A stretch of DNA of 58,663 nucleotides, filler included, from Sphacelaria rigidula (lineage: Eukaryota), in the NCBI GenBank assembly GCA_964200075.2. It is 3 parts of 3 records of this genome, joined end to end, with 100 filler letters (N's around TTAATTAATTAA, not from the genome) between each part and the next. Parts side by side here need not be neighbours in the genome. Positions count along the whole stretch, not along the records: positions 1 to 19,489 come from CAXNAA020000658.1; 2 more parts are not named here. The stretch is one strand, 5' to 3'. A program made the position numbers and the translations under genes. The notes under the pieces are model-generated. The model was not told the origin of the DNA. It saw only the letters and a program-made list of their open reading frames with translations, and did not search any database. Positions 1 to 9,832 of this stretch are shown here, piece after piece. The first letter of the stretch is position 1, and every line of letters begins with the position of its first letter.

Positions 1-70
1 GTCCCGGCTTTGTAGGGATGCGAGGTCAATGGTCTTACGACTATGGCAAGCATGATCATGAGTACACCAT
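1..70 (+). repeat. Dispersed short repeat flanked by C-tracts (copy at contig start)
   Basis: GGGATGCGAGGTCAATGGTC…GACTATGGCAAGCA…ATGAGTAC followed by a C-rich tract. Related copies at 19361-19450(-), 19590-19633, ~19725-19770, 20546-20602, 39021-39077(-), 47695-47995(-) and 58604-58663(-). Confidence 0.85.
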
Positions 71-3000
71 CCCCTTCTTCGTAAATAACAACGCATCCCT
101 CCCTGAAAAAAATCAAAGGCGGGTGTTGTCAAAGTTGGAGCCATTTGCGGCCGGACATCATTCAATCTGAACATGTGATTCATGCAAATAGAAAGCGTAC
201 ACCTCGACATAAATGATGAGACCTTGTGTTTTTGTCAGCGGGACTAGACACCCCGACGAGATTGGTCAATTCCCTCCCTGAGTGCGCGCTACGCGCAGGG
301 GTAGTGAGACCTTGCGTTTTTCTTAACGGGAGAGATTGGTCCATCCCCTCCCCAGGTACGCACGCGCAGGGGTTAATCTAACGCGGGAGGTATCGTTGGA
401 CGTATTCACCTACCCCTACTACTTTTATGACTCTCCCCGCTCCTCATCCTCTTTCCCGGGGATGACATCAACGCACCCCCTCCCCGAACAACTTCAGGGG
501 GAAGGGGGTGTTGTCCGATGTGTTAGCTATCTGCCGCCGGACAAAAATGAATCTCAACACATGATAGGGACCAGTAGAAAGACTACAACCTACCCGTAGT
601 AGCGATACCCTTTATTTTCCTTGACGAGATACAGACACCCCGGGGAAGTTGATCAGCTCCCTCCCCACGTACACGCTGGAGTTATAACCTACCATCAGGG
701 GCTGTTTAGTACGAATGGGGATGCTCCTGAACACGCGAGTGATCGCTAGAACGTATACAGGGTACAGGCTGATTTGAAACCACCCTTTGCTTCCTTCCCG
801 ACGATGAAACGAGCATATCTTCTTCACAAACACCCTCACCCAGGGGTGCCATTCAACGTATTTTCCGTTCGCAGGCAGACTTCATGTGTTGTGTTGTTGT
901 GTGTTGTCATCCCATCCATTCTGCATGCCAGTCTACATCTTTCGGTATATGTGGGCACATCAGCCGGGGTTACACAGGAGGAAGGCCAGCACAGGACTGC
1001 TTTTTCCCTTCATTTTGTTCTAGTGCTCCACCTTCCTTCAGCGGTGCTTGCCTTCTTTTTTTTAAGCGAGAGGGGTTCAGCAGTCCCTTTCCCTCATCGA
1101 CCGTAAAATCGAAATTTGTGTGCCCACGACATAGTCGCTCTCCATTGTTGGGCATGTTGTGAGAAAAAAAACAGATCACTCCGAGATTCAAACGCACGTC
1201 CCAACCTTCTGAAGGTTGCGAGGTTACCAACCGAGCCACCGGGGCGACCGACTACATGATGTTCCTAAACGTATGAGAGGTACCATCAATACTTCGACAA
1301 CCTTCCTGAGTACCCCTGGGACAGTCAGGGACACAACCATTCGTTTGCGACAGGCCGAAACGGTGAATACCACCCCCCCGGAGACGGCTATTTACTTATC
1401 TCTGAACCCAACCTTCTCCTGAGACTTCACGAGTGCCTGAAACATGTCGTCTATGTTGTCGTACGTGCCATGCACTAATGTTCCGACTCTTTATGAAGTC
1501 TTGAATATACTGAATACACCCAACAAAAGCGGGGCAACATTAGCCCGCATCTTGGTCTTGATTCAGACGAATTAATCAGGACCCGTCGCTCCAAGTACTG
1601 ACTCTATTTCGTTCACGAAGCCTAGCTTTAGTCGATTCGGCCGCGATTTTTTCTACTCCGACTAATCCGATAATAACGTAGATGCGATTTTCCGAGTCAA
1701 CTTTTTCGTATCCATTCTTGAATACCCCGAATTCGTGATGAGGGACGTAACACGGTCATTTTACAGGGATATGAGGATTAACATCGTGACAGGCACCTCG
1801 GATTCAGTGTCTGCGCCGATTTCCCAGACGCACTACGCTTTCTTCCTTGGTTCCAGTCAGAAAGGAGCCGGGGAAACTTTGGCCTTAACAACCGCGAAAG
1901 TGCCCGCTTTTAGAAACGATTAGCTCATGATACTGACTGTGCTGTGCTGTATTGTGAACAAGGTCAACAGCTTGCAAGCGAAGGTTGTCAATTGTGCGTG
2001 AAGTCGCTGGCAAGGTACTGTACAGGCTATTCAGGTAGTCCATATTTGTTTTTGAGGCCCTAATTCCGTAAAGGTGTACAATATGCAACGAGATTTGGCT
2101 GGCGGTCGTGACCTCATTTGAGACTACTGGTCAAGACATGAAAACTACACCCTAGCTGCGAGTGTGGCAATGGTCGGCATTTCTAGAGCATAACATCCTC
2201 GTTTTAAAATGATCCCGCTTGTTGGTTGGACCGCTTTACGGGTCCTCGAGCACACCCTCTCCCACACAAGAGATACACCCCCATCATGTGCGCCCCAGGA
2301 ATATCTGCGAATCAAGGGTCAAGGAAGTGTTGCCGAGACCCGGCTAGCAGTCATTGGCTTGAAGCGTGAGGTAGAAACGGGGCTGAATCTCAACCGCAGA
2401 GTAGATGCCAGGCGAAGTCACCTGTAGTTTATATTAGCTGTTTGGGTCTACCACGAGCTGAGCCGGGCAACGTTGCTTGTTCGCGGTTGGTGGGTGACGC
2501 GCCATTCAATGTTGAGAAGTTCCGTGATAGAGGTCATATATTATGTACGTTTTTTTTTTCAGCGGCAGAGCGTGCATGACAGGTTGGTCTGCAGTTCACA
2601 GCGATACACTCACATCGGATTGATTGGGGAAACTGAAGAAGTTGTTGTGTGCCCGGGATATGCACGCTTTACGGTCGGCCTAGGTCGTAGGACATGGACA
2701 TTCTCGTTCACGTCTTTCGCGCCTACACAACTCCAGATGGTCACTGGGTATCGATACGAGCCCTTGTTGAAGGCCGTCGAACTGGACGTGCAAAATTATC
2801 AGCAGTTATTCCAGTCCTCGGCAGTGTCGCTACAGCCCTGCAGTACAGTTCAAGCTGAGCTGCTCAAGAAAGCCATACTTTTTGAGATGGTCGTACAAAC
2901 TGAACGCCCCCTAGTCAGGCTAAGCTGAGCATTGTCGTTGTAATCGGCTAGTTAAGATGGCCAAGCGCAGCCATCTAGTCGTGGAATCCGCCGGGTTTAT

Positions 3001-3379
3001 CTCGTGAAACTCTCGTCTCCAAGTTCGCACTTTTTATATATCACTTTTTTTTTGTCTTGGAAGATCCCATGGAAACAAAAAAATCCGAGTTGGCTCACAC
3101 TTTCCAATCCCGAGGCAACAAGGAAGGCGGTGAAGGCCTCGTTCCGCGATTCATCTCCCTTTCAAATTTGGAGCTGAAAGTGCTTTCCTGTATTGTATCC
3201 AAGTTAGTAGAGGGAGCGATCTTGGTGCAAAGATCAAGGACTTGATGCCAGACGAAGCTCATTTCTTGGCCGTGGGACCTGAATTCTTGACATGTGATTC
3301 GCAAGTAACTCGCTGACACATCCGTCGTCACCCTACACTTTTTTTCTTTCGTCGACTTACGTCCCAACTTGCATGACTT

Positions 3380-3646
3380 CAAGGGGAGGTCGAGTAGAGT
3401 ATGTACTTTTGAGTACTCGAGTAAAATACTCCAGTATTTACACTACTCAAAGTTTGGGAAGGTAGAGTACGACCTCAAGTACTCTACTCAAGTTTTGAGT
3501 AGATTGAGTATGATCTCAAATACTTTACTCAAAAAAATGAGTAGATTGAGTACGACCTCAAATACTCTACTAAAAATATTGAGTACCAAAAATATGAGTC
3601 TTGGAAAATACTGGGTATTGAGTATACTCTACTCGACCTGCCCTTG
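3380..3646. mobile_element. Non-autonomous DNA transposon (MITE, hAT-like) with internal TACTC/GAGTA repeats
   Basis: 23-bp TIR with one mismatch (CAAGGGGAGGTCGAGTAGAGTAT ... ATACTCTACTCGACCTGCCCTTG). Flanks CATGACTT / TATGATTT resemble a decayed 8-bp TSD. A second partial copy lies at ~39253-39420. Confidence 0.75.
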
Positions 3647-3939
3647 TATGATTTAGAAAAGTTGAGTCGTTCTTATCCAAGAGGCGTGGGGCAGGGGGAA
3701 TGCGGCGACGACGAATATTAATGCGAGTTCCTTGCACATCACGTTGTTGAGATCCCAACTCGAAGGGATGAGCTTCGTCTGGCCTTTTTGTCGAACCCTC
3801 GCTTTGTTGTCTTGCCAAGCTTGTATCTTGATCGTTACCCCGCGAGCTGCATATGGCAGTGATTGCGCGACTGAAAAAGTGCATGCGTTTACCCGCTGTT
3901 TGCCCCACCCCACATGTCTCAATGCCTTCGTGTGCGCAG

Positions 3940-5957
3940 TACCCCGCGATCGGCCTCCTGCTGAATCGAGAATTTTACACGTTCATAGAAAACAAAGAGA
4001 CGCGGGAATTGAAACCAGCCGAACCTTTGGTGCGGGAGCTTACAAACTTTGGTATCAAGGAAGACGACGGCACCAAGAAGCAGTACCACGAGACTTTGGT
4101 CATGCGCGTTACGGTACCCTCTCACAGCCAATCATGGGGCATCAACATATGTCCAGAGGATCACCACGACTTCCGGGAGGTACTCTTTCACTTCAACCCT
4201 CGGCGGAGGTTCGTGGCGATGAACAATCGAGTAGACAAGGTTTGGGGGCAGCAGGTGCGCATAAAGTAGCGTATTTGCGTGCGGCTGTAACTGTTGATGC
4301 AGGTACTTCGTGCGCAGCGTCCTCGCAAAGGAACCCCAATGTTCAAGGGGCGTAGCACGAATACGTCGTGATTTTTTCAGGTGAAATTTCCTACATCTCT
4401 TGCAGACATGAACGAGGCACGGGAGAACTCGTGATTACCAAGAACGATTCACAGTTCCACAATCACGCTGCACTGCGTGGTTTTCCAAGAATCGTTCCCA
4501 TCACCTCAAACCTTCTTCTCGTTATGACATATCGTGGCGGCAGGAGAAGTATATGATGCAGCGATGGCCGGATCTATTCGGCGTGTCGATCATTATCGGA
4601 GTGCAGCTCGACAAGGCCGGGTTCCACGTGGCCATCGACGGCAAATACTGCGCGACCTTCGCCCATCGAACGTGAGTGAGTTCATGCCTCGTCTCCACGG
4701 TACTGCTTTACGACGTCTTCTTGTCGCGATTTTAGGGCACCTTGGGGTCGAACGTGATATCCCGTCAAGGGCATCTTGTCATCTTCATCCCAGTCTTGAG
4801 ATCATGTTTTATGCATACGTTTGCTACGGTCACGCTTGCAACTCAGGGCATTGCCTGCGAATGGAGAGAAGCTGTGTCTCCAAATCATGACGAAAGACGA
4901 CTACGATACCAACCTCGCACTCGTGGTGGACGAGATCTGGTGGGGCCACAAGGACACGATGCCGGGTCTTCCGTGAGTTCAAACTGTTGCCATGGTTCCT
5001 TCGCATCAGATGGTGCTGTCGCTGAAGTCGCGACCTGGGAATGGGTGTCGTCTCATCCGTTTGCACTCGTGTTTTCGAGACCCGAATAAGTTCCTTCATT
5101 TTTTAGAGGCAGCAGCACCAGCGAAATCACTGATGTTTCACCACCTGAGGCGGACGTCCGTTGGGTTTGCCCGATAACTTCCGGTGTGACGTCGAAATAC
5201 TCGCAGGTACACAAAATGAGTGGTGTCAATTCTCGCGCTCTCCTGTCAGTCATGCTCCGCTTCTCGCGCATTGCTTACAGGGGCGCAACCAAGGAGCGGA
5301 AGTCTGCGGACCACCGACGGGAACAACCGGAAGGTGAAATGGTGGATCTGCATGTCGGAAACCTTCCTCCAATGAGAACCGTGGATGACGAAAGCAGGAT
5401 CAAGGAGCAGCTCGAGAACTACTTCAGCTTCTACGGGCTGCAGCAAGTGAAGGTGTTTCACCGAGGGGAAAAAGACTTCGGGTGAGTGAAATTCCATTCG
5501 CCATCATCGTGCTGCGTGTGGTTCAGCGACTTCGATAGAGTATGATGGAGACGATCCTGTTGTTTTTGCGCATGTGCAGCAATGATTGAGACGATTCTCC
5601 TCATCTTACCGTGCGTACAAACAATCTGAAGTGAAGAGATCATCGGCGCAGGTTGAGGGATATTTTGTCTCCAGAAATATGCAATGGGGCGGTGGAACTC
5701 ATCCCTTTAAGCACTTGCACTGAGGTTTAATAGGGCTAGGAAATAGTTGATGGCAAGAACGACCCTCCGTTCGAGGTACGACCAAAAACTCGCCTCAATC
5801 ATCTCCAATTTTGCACTGGTTTTGAACGTTAATTTTTTCGCCGACCAGGTTTATCAAATTTCGAGACAACAGAAGTGCATCCCAGGCTTTGAAGGCGATG
5901 GATGGCAAGGCGATTGAGGGCTGGAAAATGAAATTGAGCTGGCCGAAGGGAAGATAG
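3940..5957 (+). CDS. Galectin-domain + RRM fusion protein (multi-exon, 5' end not resolved)
   Basis: Phase-consistent GT-AG exons 3940-4254, 4544-4671, 4847-4972, 5281-5481 and 5849-5957 (stop TAG). The spliced protein has the galectin signature FHFNPR..VAMNN...WGQQEK...FHVAIDGKYCATFAHR. It ends in an RRM: RNP2 LHVGNL, RNP1 KDFGFIKF, then ..A.QALKAMDGKAIEGWKMKLSW. Exon 3940 starts at an acceptor, so upstream exons exist (weak candidates near 2299, 2736 and ~3064-3305). Confidence 0.85.
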
Positions 5958-7025
5958 TGCACCGTATCTAGAACAGCGTGTATTGTGTGTTGTACAGTAT
6001 CCCAGCGAGCAAGGAATCACATCCCAAGTGCGACACGATCACTCGCTTCCCTGAACTAGAAATTAATCGACCAGCCTCTCATCACGTGGGAAGAGGATAT
6101 GAAACACCATAATGTCAACGTGGTGGGTGTTGCAATAGAGGTGTGAATTACACGTGAATATTTCGTATCGGATTTGGTGTGAGCATTGGCGGCACGAAAG
6201 TGGTGAAAACGGTGTGTGATCAAATTCTGAATTAGTGGTGAAACAAGTAACATGTGGTTACAGTTTTCTGCCGCGTTACACCTGGTGCCAGGGGCGAGAG
6301 TTAATTGGAAGTGAATTCAAAAGCCGGCGCCCCTACTCTGTTGACATGGGTTGGCATGGTAAAGGTGAGCGTGATAGTGTCCGCGTGGCATCCTCAATTC
6401 TGCGGGCAGTCCAGACTCCCCGTCTTGACCATGGAGTGAAATAAAGTTGCATCCGAGTGGGGACGCGATAGCCCAGAGTGGGTTCGAACGGGCAGACCGG
6501 TGGTGAGTTGGCAAACCACCAAGCAAGTCATCTCAAAACGGTTTGCCTAGGCCGTGTCTTATTGACAAAACTGTTTGAGGCAAAAAATTGTGCGAGAACA
6601 TGACTGTGAGTGCTCAGAACGTCACCATCAACAGAACTCATTCACCATTCCTCTCGAAAATACTTTTTTCCCCCTCAAAATGAGAGCGTGAAGGTGAGAC
6701 ACGCAAAGAGATAACTATGCACCTCTGGCGTGTGGTCCAGGCTTCATGATGAGCCAAACAGCCCACGAATGGCAACTAATTGTTCGTTGCGTTTCGCATG
6801 TTCAACGGATTGTTCCTCCGTGATCAAAAAGTAATTCTACTTCTACTTGTATTGATCTTTCGAGTATTTTTCGAAAGGGTGTTGAGAATCCAGCATGAGC
6901 CTTGAACGAACTACAAGGATAGAAAAACGCGGTGACAACCATATACAAAATCAAAGCTCTCTCGTTAACACGGGGCCTCAGTGAAACGCATGACGCTCAG
7001 CGCTTGGTGAAAGTAGGGACACGGT

Positions 7026-7939
7026 TAGGCCTGAGTCCTTTGTGCCGGCATAATTTCTAGCATAACTCGTCTTTTTTGCCCGAATCAGCACACGAGCATA
7101 ATTCCAGCATAACCAGGGCTGAGCTAGCATAATCGTCCGTTTAGCGGCATAATCCGGTAGCATAGAAACCGATACCTGCTATTTTGATTGTATTTTAGAG
7201 CATTACCTCTATAAGAAAATACAGCGTGCAGTACAGTGTACTAAGTGTACAGCATACAGCCACGTGCTACGAGAGAGGGGACAGAGACAAAGAAAACAGA
7301 GGTTTCGAGGTATCAGGTATGGTAGAGGCGCCAGCCAGCGATGATACGCCTGGTTTTATCCCTACAACAGGGCCATACCCTGTGAATAATGGCCATTTGA
7401 AGAAATCTCGGACACACATCGCCTGGGCGAGGTACCCAGTACGGGAGATACGACCGTACGTGCGCTGTCGGCGCTGCATCACAATGACACTACGCCCACA
7501 TGTCATGTGAAGTACACAAAACAAGCCCACATCGCTGAATCTGGGCTTGCGACTTGCAGCAGCACGTAATGGACCGCAAAACGGCCACTTTCTGTTCCGA
7601 TGATATATTTTTTTATTTTGGAGAAAGACTGTGATATTTTTTTATTTTGGAGAAAGACTGTGATATATTGATAACCAAATGCACTACGAATGCACGGCAC
7701 ACGGCGTGCACTGCCTCGCGAATACACGACACTGATGTCTGCGAAGCATATTTGATGCATATTCCTGCTTGGTGGCCAGCATAAAAGGAGCATCACATCG
7801 TTTTTTGTGAGGTGGCATAAAAGTATAATGGAGCATAATTGCAGCATAATTCACCTTTTTTGGAGCATAATCTGGAAAAAACGGGAATAAAAGACGTGGT
7901 ATAATCGGCGAGAAGAAGAGCATAAAGGACTCACGCCTA
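7026..7939. mobile_element. Non-autonomous hAT-like DNA transposon
   Basis: 20-bp TIR with 2 mismatches (TAGGCCTGAGTCCTTTGTGC ... GCATAAAGGACTCACGCCTA). 8-bp TSD GACACGGT / GACACAGT. Clustered subterminal GCATAA motifs at both ends. No transposase ORF. Confidence 0.8.
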
Positions 7940-8506
7940 GACACAGTACATAAACGAAGATGACAAATACGCTCAGTTCGACCGGATACAGATGTTTTGC
8001 AAATACGTTGGGTGCAGATCCCAACATTGCTGAGGTACAAAAATACCAATCCCGTACACGTCAATCTGCGTTGGCAAGTGTACATCGGCTAAATGGTAGT
8101 CTACCTCCTAGTGTGAGCGAGTATTTCACCAGCAAAATGTCATCATTCCAAGAGCCAAGATGCACGCCAGAGCCAGGGCAATGATGCTTCGGTATGGCAA
8201 CTGTTGACACAATTGTGTTCCGTCATGTGGTCGTGTGAACCGACCTGAAAGATCGAAAAGCTGAAGCGATGTACATCAAAAGTCCATACGATATTAACTA
8301 GCAAATATGAACCGATTGAATCGGTTGAAAACTCTAGGATGACAGTAGTGATCGAGATAAAATCACGTACGCGACGTGTACCAAGCCCGCGAACCTCACG
8401 TTTTCACCAAAACACGAGGAACTCTGGCAACCTCCACATACATGAGAAAATATCCGACCAGCAACCTTCCCCTCTACCCCTCATCACAGTAAAGCACTTG
8501 CAGATG

Positions 8507-9541
8507 CTAACGTGCCGACCCCCCCATAAAGTCAACCAAACCATCGAGGCTCCCGTTTTTGACGGAGCAGGTCGTCATCACCACCTCGCACGGCGAGTCC
8601 ACCTCCAGACTGAAGGGCTGCCCGGGCCGGCCAAGGACCATCGCCGTTGGCAAGTCATCTTCCTCCCCCTGCGTTCCGAGTGTGTCCCTGGTGCCTCTCA
8701 GCTTCTCCACCTCTTTCTGCAGTAACATCTTGGCCCGAGTCGCCTTAGCCTCTTTCAAGTCGCTCTTGTTCAGTGCCACAAGCAACCCCTTACAGCTGTC
8801 CATGGACGGGTCGGATACGACGTCGTAAAACAGCTCCGCCGCTGCTGACACTTGCGACGCTAGACAAGAGCCATCGAGGACAAAAACTACTCTTTCTGCC
8901 CTGCGAAGCTCTTCTCCAAGTCCACCTCGAAGTCTCTCGTGGCCGGGGTAGTCAATGAGAGCGGTGGATGGTCCGCCGCTTCTACTCCTTGCTCGGTTGC
9001 TATAATTGTCACGATAGAGGTATGTGCACGCTTGCATGGACGTGACGGTGTCAACCATGCGATCGTGGCATAGCCGGTGCATCATCGCAGTTTTGCCTGC
9101 ACCACATGGACCGAGAAACAGGATGCCCTTGCGTTTCATCGAGCCACTACCGCCGCCACTACCGCTGCCTAGGCTGCCGGCCTTGCGGATCAAGATGAAT
9201 GCGAGAACAGTAGCGGCGAGCGCGACGCAAACCACCGAGGTGGTCGGCAGCCCAAACTCGGCCAGAAGCATATCAAACGATCCAGCAAACGAGGATAGCG
9301 ATTGACTCCAATACTCCAGCAGCGATATGAATTTGCCTTCCCTGTCAGACGCCAGCAGATCAGCCACGATATTGCCTACGCCGGCGGTCTTCTCGATAGG
9401 TAGCTCGTTCGAAGCAACTTCTGCTGTGACGGCTGTCAGGTCGTTGTTCACCTCGAGGCCTAGCTCTGTTGCTGCTGCTGAGGGCACGTGGTAGGCAGCA
9501 GCCAATGCCAAAGCTACCGTGCGGAGCATCCAGCAGTCCAT
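8507..9541 (-). CDS. SRPRB: Signal recognition particle receptor subunit beta (Arf/Sar-like GTPase), intronless, N-terminally extended
   Basis: Uninterrupted ORF with a TM segment (VVCVALAATVLAFILI). It continues with G1 GPCGAGKT, TVTSMQ, the SR-beta-typical DYPGHERLR, VVFVLDG, G4 NKSD, LQKEVEKLRGTR, and a C-terminal TCSVK..LDGLVDFM. ATG 9541 was chosen for its aaaATGg context; ATG 9613 is an alternative. Confidence 0.9.
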   Translation of the reverse strand: MDCWMLRTVALALAAAYHVPSAAATELGLEVNNDLTAVTAEVASNELPIEKTAGVGNIVADLLASDREGKFISLLEYWSQSLSSFAGSFDMLLAEFGLPTTSVVCVALAATVLAFILIRKAGSLGSGSGGGSGSMKRKGILFLGPCGAGKTAMMHRLCHDRMVDTVTSMQACTYLYRDNYSNRARSRSGGPSTALIDYPGHERLRGGLGEELRRAERVVFVLDGSCLASQVSAAAELFYDVVSDPSMDSCKGLLVALNKSDLKEAKATRAKMLLQKEVEKLRGTRDTLGTQGEEDDLPTAMVLGRPGQPFSLEVDSPCEVVMTTCSVKNGSLDGLVDFMGGSAR

Positions 9542-9832
9542 TTTCGAAGTTATGGCGCCACTTTCGGCGCTCCTAGGCAGCGGTGCCACATAGATCCTTT
9601 TAGGTTTGAGCATAGCCAACGTCGGTATGCCAGGTGTCGCCAAGTGGGCTTGCTTCTTAGCGATTGTGGGCTCGAGATGGGCTGTTTGAGAAACTCTCGT
9701 GAATGGAGTATGGCAGTATTTCACGCAAAAGTGGAGTATGGCTTTTATTGTTACGGCAATAGAAGTATGCACTCTTTTGAGCAATCACAAACGTTTTTGC
9801 TCATGTTACGTGCATGCACCTAAGGATTAACG
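9542..9832. promoter_or_regulatory. Short intergenic region between divergent SRPRB and HAL2-like genes (likely bidirectional promoter)
   Basis: Only ~290 bp separate the head-to-head start codons (9541 on -, 9833 on +). No specific motif was identified. Confidence 0.45.

Noticed and set aside
1861-3305. Candidate upstream exons of the galectin-RRM gene
   Set aside because: Acceptor/donor pairs are present, but no unambiguous in-phase chain to 3940 could be built.
3380-3646. Regularly spaced repeats resembling a CRISPR array (also 46640-47177, 43503-43965)
   Set aside because: No unique spacers between identical repeats, no cas genes, and a eukaryotic context. They are explained as MITE interiors or tandem repeats.
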